Source: Oscillospiraceae bacterium
GTDB taxonomy: Bacteria > Bacillota > Clostridia > Oscillospirales > Ruminococcaceae
Direction of reading: 5' to 3'
NCBI GenBank assembly: GCA_036644375.1
Contig: JAVXQD010000002.1
Coordinates: forward strand, 13,897-77,896
Length of the DNA stretch: 64,000 nucleotides
The notes below the pieces were generated by a model that saw only the letters and a program-made list of their open reading frames with translations, had not been told where the DNA came from and searched no databases. How positions within the stretch are numbered: position 1 is the first letter of the stretch; each line of letters starts with the position of its first letter. This document shows positions 1 to 8,730 of this stretch, piece by piece. A program made the translations under genes and the position numbers.

Positions 1-59
1 GCAATCAGCCCCGTCATGCGGCCGCGCTCCGTGTATTTGTCAGCAGAATGAAAATTCAC
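1..59 (-). CDS. 5' end of an unidentified gene running off the window (partial)
   Basis: GTG at 59-57 with GGAGGG (complement of 66-71) 6 nt upstream. Only ~19 codons (VNFHSADKYTERGRMTGLI) are visible and no family is recognised. Confidence 0.3.
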   Translation of the reverse strand, partial: MNFHSADKYTERGRMTGLI

Positions 60-351
60 AATACGCCCTCCCATTTCCTCTGCACTTTGCGTTCATATAG
101 TTAGTTTAATATATCAATCCCCGATACCAAAGTCAAGGCGCAATAGGGCGAATTCGCACTTACGGTAAGCTGATTTATGCCTTGGCAAAGCGCAGACGCA
201 TGCCGACAGCGAGCAGTGAAAAAGGTCAATCGGTATGTGCACCTGAGAAAATATGCCGCCGATACACCGAAAATATCTGTGCCTTTACAGGGTATTCTCG
301 CTTAGTATGGCAGACAAGGTCTTTTAAGCCCCGCTGCATTTTTCTATTGAA

Positions 352-403
352 ATTATTGACAAACAATAATCTTGGCGATATAATATTATTGTAAAACAAT
401 AAT
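352..403. promoter_or_regulatory. Two inverted repeats sharing one half-site (ATTATTG / CAATAAT) that bracket the core promoter; candidate operator pair
   Basis: ATTATTG 352-358 and CAATAAT 364-370 overlap the -35. ATTATTGT 385-392 and ACAATAAT 396-403 lie directly after the -10. Confidence 0.6.
356..384 (+). promoter_or_regulatory. SigA/sigma-70-type promoter with exact consensus TTGACA-17-TATAAT
   Basis: TTGACA 356-361, 17-nt spacer, TATAAT 379-384, about 33 nt upstream of the ATG at 417. Confidence 0.8.
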
Positions 404-416
404 CGAGGTGATTTTT

Positions 417-1277
417 ATGTTTGAAAGCATTATCACATTTCCTTTTGTACAGATAGCCGATGGTCTGCGTTATCTGTCGCTTTCCGGTGCAGCCGGAAAT
501 ATTGTTGCTGTAGCCCTGTACATTGCCCTTTGCCTGATTCCCTTGATGTTTTTTGTATTTCAATGGACAAAACACAGGTTAACTTACACTGATGCTTTAT
601 TGCCCGTTGTTACAATTTTAATGTTTATCATATTGTATCAGCTGATTAACCCCGGGCTGATAACCAATGCCGCGGCAACAAAGGCGCTTCCATGTACGAC
701 ACTTTATTCTGTCATTTTCACCTATTTGATTCTGACGCTCATTAAATTATTTCAGGATAAAGCAATTAAAAAGCTTTGCAAATACTTTAATTTTCTGCTT
801 TGGGCAGTGAATATTATGCTTGCATGTTCGGCTGTATTCACCGTTACGGTTGCCTTTGCTCAGTCCATAAAGGATTTACAGGCAGCAAATAGCGGAAACA
901 CCGATCTGCTCGGATTAACATATGTATTTATGTTCTTTGGAATGCTCGCCGATGTAATTCCCCTTGTGTCGGGCATTGTGGTGGTATTCTTCGGAATGCG
1001 CCTTGTGAGTTATTTCGGTGCGGATCGATATTCTGAAAAAACAGTTTTATCGGCAAACAGATTGTCTTGTGCTTGTAAAACAGCTCTTGCCGTGACTGTT
1101 TTAAGCACTATGGTGTTCAATGTTTTACAATATGCCTTTGCTTCACAGCTTCATCAAATCAATGGCAATATCAATATTCCAATACTGTCTATTGTCTTTG
1201 TATTGGCGGTGTTTCTTTTCTCTCAAATCATAAGCGAGGGCAAAGCACTGAAAGATGACAACGACAGTATCATATGA
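417..1277 (+). CDS. Polytopic membrane protein, DUF2975-like
   Basis: The ORF track starts at GTG 408, but ATG 417 has GAGGTG 6 nt upstream. It has multiple hydrophobic helices and a C-terminal tail (...SEGKALKDDNDSII) typical of DUF2975 proteins. It is followed directly by the small HTH gene that usually accompanies this family. Confidence 0.7.
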   Translation: MFESIITFPFVQIADGLRYLSLSGAAGNIVAVALYIALCLIPLMFFVFQWTKHRLTYTDALLPVVTILMFIILYQLINPGLITNAAATKALPCTTLYSVIFTYLILTLIKLFQDKAIKKLCKYFNFLLWAVNIMLACSAVFTVTVAFAQSIKDLQAANSGNTDLLGLTYVFMFFGMLADVIPLVSGIVVVFFGMRLVSYFGADRYSEKTVLSANRLSCACKTALAVTVLSTMVFNVLQYAFASQLHQINGNINIPILSIVFVLAVFLFSQIISEGKALKDDNDSII

Positions 1278-1286
1278 GGTGCTTCC

Positions 1287-1517
1287 ATGGCAATACAAAT
1301 TCACCTTGACGAAATGCTTAAAAGCAAAAACATGACATCAAAAGAGCTGTGCCGATTAATCGGCATTACAGAGGCTAATCTTTCCATACTGCGCAGTGCA
1401 AAAGCAAAGGGTGTACGCTTTGGAACGGTTAATAAAATCTGTTATTATCTTGAATGTGATGTGGGTGACCTATTAAAATTTGATGGGGTTTTGGAGGATA
1501 CAGGTAATGAAGAATAA
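1287..1517 (+). CDS. Small XRE/Cro-C1-type HTH transcriptional regulator (YozG-like)
   Basis: 76 aa; the sequence MTSKELCRLIGITEANLSILRSAKAKGVRFGTVNKICYYLECDVGDLL is a Cro/C1 HTH. It starts 9 nt after the DUF2975-like gene. Confidence 0.8.
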   Translation: MAIQIHLDEMLKSKNMTSKELCRLIGITEANLSILRSAKAKGVRFGTVNKICYYLECDVGDLLKFDGVLEDTGNEE

Positions 1518-2490
1518 GGCAGTTTGCATAATACTGACATTACTCTTGGCAGCAGCTTTCAGCGGATGCCAACTTGCACATGAGGAATTGGCTCAGCCCA
1601 AAAAGGACGATAAGCTAATCGGTGTATTTGTCACATATGAACATTTGGATCTCTTTGATATGGAAAGCTATTTGAATGACAATATCAATAATTTTTCTGA
1701 TGGTGGCAGCATTCAGATAAACGGTGACGATGACAAATATAACAATCGGCTTGATGCCACATTGATACAAGAGGAAAAAACCGCAACCGGCGGTGAAAAA
1801 TACACGGATTCCCGTTATGTGTTTGAGGGGTTGGAGGGTATTTCTATGTTTTCACCTGCAATCACCGATCCTATTACAGGAGACAGCTATGTTTCAAGCG
1901 ATGCCGATGCCGGGATTGCCGACTGTAAAAGTCATTACAGTGAAGTGGATAATGAAAAAGTGATAGAGCTTGAGGGAACTGTATATGTGACATCCGGGGC
2001 AATGTCCGATGGAATCTATATGAATCCCGTTTACCAAAGTGACGATGGTGCAGTGTATTTGCAAAGCGGTCAGGGCTTTATGGCAAGTGGCGACAACGGC
2101 GAAGGTGGGGTTTACACCCAAACGATGACGGCTTCCACAAGCAGAACCGAGAATAAAACAGTCACCACGTTTTCTTCAAGCATAAAATTATCTGTTGCAA
2201 CAATGAACCCAACCGAAAAAGTGGCAATCTTTCAAATGGATGGCACGAACAATATCATTGCAAAAGACGAATATCCGCCCGACAGTGTACCGGATCAAAT
2301 CACGCCTGACATTTCCTGTGAATACCTTATCGTGGAAAGTCACAAAACAGCTTTCGATGGTGAAAGGAAAGTAGAGCGACAGATATTTTCAAATACAGAT
2401 GCCTCGCTATATTATTTTGTTAAGGGCAGCAGCGGAGTGCTCTTCAAGACATATTCATCAATAATATGGGAATCCAAGGACAATATTTAA
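1507..2490 (+). CDS. Lipoprotein of unknown function
   Basis: Internal ATG at 1507 gives MKNKAVCIILTLLLAAAFSGC, a signal peptide with a lipobox Cys. It overlaps the HTH stop by 11 nt. No domain recognised. Confidence 0.7.
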   Translation: MKNKAVCIILTLLLAAAFSGCQLAHEELAQPKKDDKLIGVFVTYEHLDLFDMESYLNDNINNFSDGGSIQINGDDDKYNNRLDATLIQEEKTATGGEKYTDSRYVFEGLEGISMFSPAITDPITGDSYVSSDADAGIADCKSHYSEVDNEKVIELEGTVYVTSGAMSDGIYMNPVYQSDDGAVYLQSGQGFMASGDNGEGGVYTQTMTASTSRTENKTVTTFSSSIKLSVATMNPTEKVAIFQMDGTNNIIAKDEYPPDSVPDQITPDISCEYLIVESHKTAFDGERKVERQIFSNTDASLYYFVKGSSGVLFKTYSSIIWESKDNI

Positions 2491-2678
2491 GAGCATATTT
2501 GATGTTAATATCCACCCTATCCGCTGATTTGCTATTTGATTATAAACCGAGTATCGTTCAGAGTGTCCTTGCAAAATGGCGGTTGCTTTGTCATAAACTG
2601 CCCATATTGACATTTTGGTTTAGTGATGATAAGCTGCAATTGTGATTTACCAGCGATAAACATCAAGGAGGTGCAGCC

Positions 2679-3224
2679 ATGCCTGTCTTTGGCGAGAGGG
2701 ATGCAAAAAGCAGAATCAAGAATGTGATGAACTATAAAAAGCCCGCCTTTTGGGTTATTGCGGTTACCACCATTGCCTTCGCTGTGGCTGTGTTCTGCCT
2801 TGTGAGCAATCCGGCCGGGACAAAGATTCAAAATCCGTATGTTCAGGAATATATTGCAGGGTCAGATGGTATTATTGGGTCTGTTGATACAGAAAAATAC
2901 ACAGCGGTCAGTGAGGATTTCGCTATAGGTGCAGATAAATATGGCATAGCTGTTTTTAAAGATCCTCACAAGGCATTTGCGACTTTTGAAACACTTTACG
3001 CCGATGCTATCGAACTCATAAAATCGGAAAATGACTTAAAACTATTTTCACATAAAAATTATGAAATGTACAAGGCTTATGGCTGGCAATTAACGGGCGG
3101 GTCGAAGGAAGACCGGGATAGGGCACGCTTTGTAAGCGGTTTCCTTGACATCTATGAGAATAGCTTTCTACAGGGTATTACGGATACACAACACCCCGTG
3201 CCAACCACTGAGGAGACAAGATGA
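2679..3224 (+). CDS. N-terminally membrane-anchored protein of unknown function
   Basis: AAGGAGG lies 8 nt upstream of the ATG. One TM helix (FWVIAVTTIAFAVAVFCLV) is followed by a soluble domain. Confidence 0.65.
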   Translation: MPVFGERDAKSRIKNVMNYKKPAFWVIAVTTIAFAVAVFCLVSNPAGTKIQNPYVQEYIAGSDGIIGSVDTEKYTAVSEDFAIGADKYGIAVFKDPHKAFATFETLYADAIELIKSENDLKLFSHKNYEMYKAYGWQLTGGSKEDRDRARFVSGFLDIYENSFLQGITDTQHPVPTTEETR

Positions 3225-3595
3225 ATAAAATAAATTGCAAAAATATACTGTGGGCACTTATCGCATTCATTTCGCTCGGTGCATCTTACTTGGTTTTCCG
3301 TTTCGGTATGTTTGATTTGCATGGCATGAAACAATTGCCGACGATATTATGCCTTGTTTCATTTGCTGTGTTGATTCTGTCGCTAATCTTGAAAAAGCAT
3401 TGGCTGGCAGCAAGCACTGATTTGGGATATATCTGCGGCTTTGTCGTTGCTCTTTTACTCAATTCAGATAGTGTGGATGCCGGAGGAGCCGCAACAAATA
3501 ACTTGTGGATTATTTGGACAGCAATTCTGTTGGCCTGTATCGCTGCAGGAATTGTTATTGAGATTGCGTTAAATCGAAATAGGTTTAACAAGTAA
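3221..3595 (+). CDS. Small integral membrane protein (about 4 TM)
   Basis: ATGA start/stop overlap with the preceding gene; strongly hydrophobic 124 aa. Confidence 0.6.
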   Translation: MNKINCKNILWALIAFISLGASYLVFRFGMFDLHGMKQLPTILCLVSFAVLILSLILKKHWLAASTDLGYICGFVVALLLNSDSVDAGGAATNNLWIIWTAILLACIAAGIVIEIALNRNRFNK

Positions 3596-3663
3596 GAGTA
3601 TGAGCAATGCACGCATATGTGCTAAAATCGGTACACCACGCAAAAGTCAGCTAACCCGAAATC

Positions 3664-3705
3664 AAGGGCAGCCTTACCGCTTAAGTCGGTTTGGCTGCCC
3701 TTTTT
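3664..3705 (+). terminator. Rho-independent terminator
   Basis: GGGCAGCC 3666-3673 pairs with GGCTGCCC 3693-3700, followed by TTTTT 3701-3705. Confidence 0.75.
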
Positions 3706-3888
3706 CATTTCACTGTCCTTGTGCGAATATCGTCCAAACAGTCCGCGAGCTCTTTGCGTATTTTCCGATATCGGTATGTCCGCTTGACAGAAGCAGAAGT
3801 AATTTTGCGGACTCCGCTCCCTCCCGCACACGATGCAGCGCTGCACAGCTTTGACCGGCAGCCGCAGCACTCATTCAATTATTTTATT

Positions 3889-4215
3889 TCACTCGTTTTT
3901 GTCCCCGCACGATTGTTTGTCCTGCGTAGCCTCAGGCGTTTGCTCAATCTTGTCCCGTTCCGCCTCCGCCTGTTTCATGCACTCTCTTTTGGCAATGACC
4001 GACATGATTATCGCCCCCGCGCTCAGAAGCGCAAGTATGGGTATATACGAAATAACTATTTTACCGACCTGACTGCCAAAAAGCATTGAGACCTCAGGGT
4101 GAGCTGCATTGTAGCTGTATTGTCCGTAAATTCTCAGCAGCATCACGGCGAGCGTGATGAAATCAAGCACCGCAAAAATTCTCGCTGCCGCCAATCGCTT
4201 GTTACTTATCCTCAT
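3889..4215 (-). CDS. Small membrane protein, translationally coupled to nadE
   Basis: ATG at 4215 forms an ATGA overlap with the nadE stop (4212-4214). Two hydrophobic helices and a charged C-terminal tail. Confidence 0.55.
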   Translation of the reverse strand: MRISNKRLAAARIFAVLDFITLAVMLLRIYGQYSYNAAHPEVSMLFGSQVGKIVISYIPILALLSAGAIIMSVIAKRECMKQAEAERDKIEQTPEATQDKQSCGDKNE

Positions 4216-6116
4216 TTTAAGTCCTCTGCCCACATGGCGCTTACAGCGTCACTTGGCATTCTCCAGTCACCGCGCGGCGAGAGCGACACCGAACCGACCT
4301 TTGGGCCGTTAGGCACGCAGGTGCGCTTAAACTGCTGGGTGAAAAATCGGCGCAGAAATTCCCGCAGCCATTTCTTGATTGTATCCGCATCGTAGATTCC
4401 CTTAAATGCATATTCCGCAAGGTATAAAATCTTCTTGGGAGTAAACCCGTATCGCACAAAATAGTAGAGGAAAAAATCGTGCAGCTCATACGGGCCTATC
4501 AAATCCTCGGTTTTTTGCACCATGCGCTCCCCGTCAGACGGCAGTAATTCGGGGCTTACCGGTGTGTCAACAATATCATACAGCACTTTTTTCAGCTTCT
4601 CGTCCCCGCTGCTGTCCGCAATATATCTCACGAGATGGCGCACAAGCGTCTTCGGAATCGAACAGTTGACAGAATACATCGACATGTGATCCCCGTTGTA
4701 GGTACACCAGCCGAGTGCAAGTTCAGAGAGGTCTCCCGTGCCTATCACAAGACCGCTTATCAGGTTTGTCGTATCCATAAGCACCTGTGTGCGCTCGCGC
4801 GCCTGGGCGTTCTCAAGCGTCACATCCGGAGTTGTGCCGTCATGTCCGATATCCTGCAAATGCTGACTTACCGATTTTGTGATGTCGATTGTTTTAAAGC
4901 TGACCTTAAGAATATCGCAGAGCGTCTCGGCATTGCTTTTGGTTCTTGACGTAGTGCCGAAGCAGGGCATTGATATCCCCATAATATCTGTCGCGGGCTT
5001 GCCCATCTGCCTGAACGTGCGCTCGGCGACAAGCAGTGCCAGGGTTGAGTCAAGTCCGCCCGAAACGCCGATAACCGCGGTTTTGGAACGAGTGTGCTCG
5101 AACCGCTTTTGCAGCGCAGCACACTGAATATTTAATATATCCTCAAATCGGTCTCCGCGCTCACTGTCATTATCCGGCAAAAACGGATATGGCGATATTT
5201 TGCGCGTCAGCTCAAGCTCACGCGGCCGCAAGCTGAATTCCACCTTCAAATATTCTTTGTCGGCAGTCTGCCTTGACGAGGTAGCGCGCTTTCTCTCGCT
5301 GCACAGCCTTTCGAGGTCAAGCTCGGTCACGGCATAGCCTTCGGCAAAGGGTCTGCTCTCGGCGATAATGTTTCCGTTTTCCGCAATCAATATGTGACCC
5401 GAGAACACCACATCATCGGTCGATTCGGTTCTTCCCGCGCTGCAATATACATATGCGCCCGTATTTTTTGCAGACTGCACCTCTACAAGCTGACGGCGAA
5501 ATTCCGGTTTGCAGACAAGCTCGTCACTCGCCGACAGGTTTGCGATAACGGTTGCACCCGCAAGAGAGTGATACGCTCCGGGTGACAGCGTTGAGAACAA
5601 ATCCGCGCAGAGCTCAACACCCAAAACAAACTCGGGCATTTCCCTGCAGCAAAACAGAATATCCGTTCCGAATGGATATCTCTCCCCGCAAATCTCCGCC
5701 TCGCCGAGTCTCTGCATCGGTTCCGCAAAATATCTTCCCTCATAAAACTCGGTGTCGTTCGGCAGACTGCTTTTAGGAACAACCCCGAGAATCTTTCCGC
5801 CGCTCATCACGGCGGCGCAGTTGTAAAGCCTGTTTTCAACGGCGAGCGGAAGACCCACCGCAACAACCATATCCTTGCCTTTTGTCTCCCTGCAAATCCG
5901 CATTAGCGAGAGCTTTGCATTTTCGAGTAAAAGCTCCTGCAAAAATAAATCCTCACAGCTGTACGCCGTTATTGACAGCTCGGGGAACAGAAGCAGTGAC
6001 ACATTGCTTCTGTGAGCTTGCTCAATAGCCTCGATGATTCTGTCGGCATTAAAATTGCAATCTGCCACCCTGACCTCAGGGCTTTTCGCCGCAACCTTCA
6101 AAAAACCATTCTGCAT
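4212..6116 (-). CDS. nadE: Glutamine-dependent NAD+ synthetase (CN-hydrolase domain plus NAD synthase domain)
   Basis: 634 aa with an N-terminal nitrilase-like domain and a C-terminal ATP-PPase domain carrying the GVSGGLDS P-loop. Confidence 0.92.
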   Translation of the reverse strand: MQNGFLKVAAKSPEVRVADCNFNADRIIEAIEQAHRSNVSLLLFPELSITAYSCEDLFLQELLLENAKLSLMRICRETKGKDMVVAVGLPLAVENRLYNCAAVMSGGKILGVVPKSSLPNDTEFYEGRYFAEPMQRLGEAEICGERYPFGTDILFCCREMPEFVLGVELCADLFSTLSPGAYHSLAGATVIANLSASDELVCKPEFRRQLVEVQSAKNTGAYVYCSAGRTESTDDVVFSGHILIAENGNIIAESRPFAEGYAVTELDLERLCSERKRATSSRQTADKEYLKVEFSLRPRELELTRKISPYPFLPDNDSERGDRFEDILNIQCAALQKRFEHTRSKTAVIGVSGGLDSTLALLVAERTFRQMGKPATDIMGISMPCFGTTSRTKSNAETLCDILKVSFKTIDITKSVSQHLQDIGHDGTTPDVTLENAQARERTQVLMDTTNLISGLVIGTGDLSELALGWCTYNGDHMSMYSVNCSIPKTLVRHLVRYIADSSGDEKLKKVLYDIVDTPVSPELLPSDGERMVQKTEDLIGPYELHDFFLYYFVRYGFTPKKILYLAEYAFKGIYDADTIKKWLREFLRRFFTQQFKRTCVPNGPKVGSVSLSPRGDWRMPSDAVSAMWAEDLK

Positions 6117-6349
6117 CGGAATCTCCTATATCCTCTCATGAGTGTTTTGTGTTGTTTATGTCTTTAGTATACTATATCTTTTCATATTTATAAATATCAT
6201 TTAGCTGCTTCTGTGTTTTGATTGCTGCCTTTTCGGCGTAAATTTAAGCCGATAATCAAATTAAGCTGCCCGCCGCCTTATGGTGCAAAAAAAGCGCAGA
6301 CCTTTGCCGATAATCACAAAAGCCCGCACTTCAATTTCTCTGCTATATA

Positions 6350-8494
6350 TTACTTCTTGTATTTTTCGCTGCCCGTATTATGCTTGGCTCTGCTGCCGTC
6401 ACTTCCGAACGCTTTTTTTGCGCCCGTGCCGCCGTAGGTCTTCTTTTCCGCGCCGCCGTGCGAAGCCGAGCTACCGTAGGTCTTCTTTTCCGCGCCGCTG
6501 TGCGAAGCCGCGCCGCCGTAGGTCTTCTTTTCCGTGCCGCCGTGCGAAGCCGCGCCGCCGTAGGTCTTCTTTTCCGCTCCGCTGTGCCGCGATTCTACCG
6601 ATTTCGGCGATGCGCCGCCCGATTTATAGCCTCTCTTTGCGCCAGCGGATTTGTTCGCAATGCTCCGTTTAAAGCGCGGATCATTCGGGCTTGTCGGCGC
6701 ACCGTCAACAAGACAGTTCTTTCCCTTACCGATAAGCTCCGATCTTCCCGCCTCTCTCAGTGCGGCACGCACAACCGCGGCGTTTTCCTTTCGAAAATAT
6801 TGCAGCAGGGCGCGCTGCTTGGCTTTTGCCGAGCTCTTGCGCGACACGAATATCTTTTCGAGCGTATACGGGTTCAGCTCGGTATAGAACATTGCAGTTG
6901 AAATTGTGCCCGGCGTCGGATAAAAATCCTGTACCTGTTCGGGACGCATGTTTTCTTTTTTGAGATATAGTGCAAGCTCTATTGCGTCGTTCAGCGTGCT
7001 GCCCGGATGTGAGGAAATCATATAGGGAACGAGATACTGCTCCTTATTTGCTGCCCGTGTCAGCTCATTGAACCGCTTGGCGAACTTTTTATACGCCTCA
7101 AAGTGCGGTTTTCCCATCGCGTCAAGCACGCCGTTGCAGCAGTGCTCCGGCGCAACCTTCAGCTGACCGCTTATATGGTTCATCACAAGCTCCTTAAAAA
7201 AAGTCTCATCGGGGTCTGCAATCATATAATCAAATCTCACGCCGGAGCGTATAAATACCTTTTTTATGCCCTTAACCTCACGAACGCGGCGCAAAAGCTC
7301 CACATACTCGCTGTGGTCCGGCTTACAGGCACTGCACACTGTCGGCGCAAGGCATTTTTTACCGCCCTTGCACAGACCGTTTTTAAGCTGACCCTCACAG
7401 GACGGCTTGCGGAAATTCGCGGTCGGACCGCCTACATCGTGTATATATCCCTTAAAGTCGGGCATGGCGGCTATTTTTTCCGCTTCCCTTACCACCGACT
7501 CGATACTTCTTGTTGTGACTGCTCTGCCCTGATGATAGGCGAGAGAGCAAAAATTACACGCCCCGAAGCAGCCCCTGTTGTGGATGATTGAAAATTTGAC
7601 TTCCTCAATTCCCGGAACTCCGCCCGCAGCCTCATAACTCGGATGATAGTTTCGCTCGTAGGGAAGCTCATATACGGCATCAAATTCCTCCGTGCAGAGC
7701 GGTGCCATCGGCGGATTGGCTACGACAATTTTGCCGCCATGCCGCTGAATCACCGTTTTTCCGCTCACTGCGTCATGCTCATCCTGCTGTATTCTCGTCG
7801 ATATTGCGTATTGCTTTTTTCCGCTGTCTGTCGCCTCTCTCACAACCTCAAAGCTCGGGCATTCGGCGCAGGGGCGCGGCGCATAATCTTTGGTTTCAAC
7901 CGCAAATACCGTGCCCGATATATCCTGCATCTTTTTTATGTCCTCGCCTCGGTCAAGACGCTGTGCTATTTCCACCGCCTGCTTTTCGCCCATTCCATAC
8001 ATGAGCAAATCCGCTGTGCTGTCAAGAAGTATTGACGGGCGGACAGCGTCATCCCAATAGTCGTAGTGTGCAAAGCGGCGCAGACTTGCCTCCAGCCCGC
8101 CGATTGCTATCGGCATATCATCTCCGTATACCTCACGGATTCCCTTGCAGTACACAATTACCGCGCGGTCGGGGCGGGCGCCTGCTTTTCCGCCCGCAGT
8201 GTATGCGTCCTGAGAACGTGGTTTTTTGGCGGCAGTGTAGTGAGCCACCATCGAGTCGATATTTCCGCTGTTGACAAAAAAGCCCAGACGCGGACGGCCG
8301 AACTCTGTATATTCATTGGGCTTTGGCTGAGACAGAATGCCCACCTTAAATCCTTTGTTTTCAAGCACGCGCGAGATAATTGCCGTGCCGAAGCTCGGGT
8401 GGTCGACATATGCGTCGCCCGTAACCAGCACAATATCGCACTGCTCCCAGCCCCTCTCCTGCATTTCCTTTTTGTTCATCGGTAAAAATGACAT
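6350..8494 (-). CDS. YgiQ-family radical SAM protein (UPF0313) with a repetitive basic C-terminal tail
   Basis: The N-terminus MSFLPMNKKEMQERGWEQCDIVLVTGDAYVDHPSFG is typical of YgiQ. A CxxxCxxC cluster (CFGACNFC) is present. Confidence 0.9.
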   Translation of the reverse strand: MSFLPMNKKEMQERGWEQCDIVLVTGDAYVDHPSFGTAIISRVLENKGFKVGILSQPKPNEYTEFGRPRLGFFVNSGNIDSMVAHYTAAKKPRSQDAYTAGGKAGARPDRAVIVYCKGIREVYGDDMPIAIGGLEASLRRFAHYDYWDDAVRPSILLDSTADLLMYGMGEKQAVEIAQRLDRGEDIKKMQDISGTVFAVETKDYAPRPCAECPSFEVVREATDSGKKQYAISTRIQQDEHDAVSGKTVIQRHGGKIVVANPPMAPLCTEEFDAVYELPYERNYHPSYEAAGGVPGIEEVKFSIIHNRGCFGACNFCSLAYHQGRAVTTRSIESVVREAEKIAAMPDFKGYIHDVGGPTANFRKPSCEGQLKNGLCKGGKKCLAPTVCSACKPDHSEYVELLRRVREVKGIKKVFIRSGVRFDYMIADPDETFFKELVMNHISGQLKVAPEHCCNGVLDAMGKPHFEAYKKFAKRFNELTRAANKEQYLVPYMISSHPGSTLNDAIELALYLKKENMRPEQVQDFYPTPGTISTAMFYTELNPYTLEKIFVSRKSSAKAKQRALLQYFRKENAAVVRAALREAGRSELIGKGKNCLVDGAPTSPNDPRFKRSIANKSAGAKRGYKSGGASPKSVESRHSGAEKKTYGGAASHGGTEKKTYGGAASHSGAEKKTYGSSASHGGAEKKTYGGTGAKKAFGSDGSRAKHNTGSEKYKK
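6428..6595. repeat. Four tandem 42-bp repeats inside the 3' end of the YgiQ gene (14-aa unit, roughly EKKTYGGAASHGGA)
   Basis: GTAGGTCTTCTTTTCC recurs with 42-bp period near 6432, 6474, 6516 and 6558. The protein reads ...SGAEKKTYGGAASHGGTEKKTYGGAASHSGAEKKTYGSSASHGGAEKKTYGG... Confidence 0.85.
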
Positions 8495-8686
8495 ATATTT
8501 CCTCTGTTCTGCGATTTGAGGTCGCGGTAAAAAGCTATTGCTTTATGAGCTTTACAATGCCCGCGATTTAATTCGCGGCATGGCACAGCTCGCGCTGAAC
8601 CGCCCTGTCAATAATGCGGCGGCGGTATTTTGTGCAATTTGATTATACCACACGCACTGTGGATAAATCCGATTTATTTTCAGTTT

Positions 8687-8725
8687 AAAAGACCGCAGAT
8701 ACCTTGAAGGCATCTGCGGTCTTTT
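8687..8725 (-). terminator. Rho-independent (bidirectional-looking) terminator after rplQ
   Basis: GACCGCAGAT 8691-8700 pairs with ATCTGCGGTC 8712-8721, flanked by AAAA and TTTT. Confidence 0.85.
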
Positions 8726-8730
8726 AACAT

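Noticed and set aside
205-300. A CTGAGA-containing stretch (gcacctgagaaaatatgcc...) that at first looked like a TPP riboswitch.
   Set aside because: The rest of the thi-box (ACCC...CCTGATCTGG...CCAGCG...GGGA) is absent. In addition, the plus-strand downstream gene has its own promoter further on.
3705-3878. Three overlapping short minus-strand ORFs between the small nadE-coupled gene and the terminator. One is a Cys-rich 57-codon frame (NECCGCRSKLCSAASCAGGSG...RKELADCLDDIRTRTVK) ending just before the hairpin.
   Set aside because: The Cys-rich frame needs a TTG start with no SD. The ATG frame (MSAAAAGQSC...) also lacks an SD. Three frames being open at once points to composition rather than coding, and I recognise no family. 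It is only worth re-checking if Ribo-seq data exist.
6248-6316. An 11-bp exact direct repeat, GCCGATAATCA, at 6248-6258 and 6306-6316 upstream of nadE, considered as possible NAD-regulator sites.
   Set aside because: A rough estimate gives about one such 11-mer pair within 60 bp by chance in a 64-kb window. It also matches no NiaR or NrtR operator that I remember.
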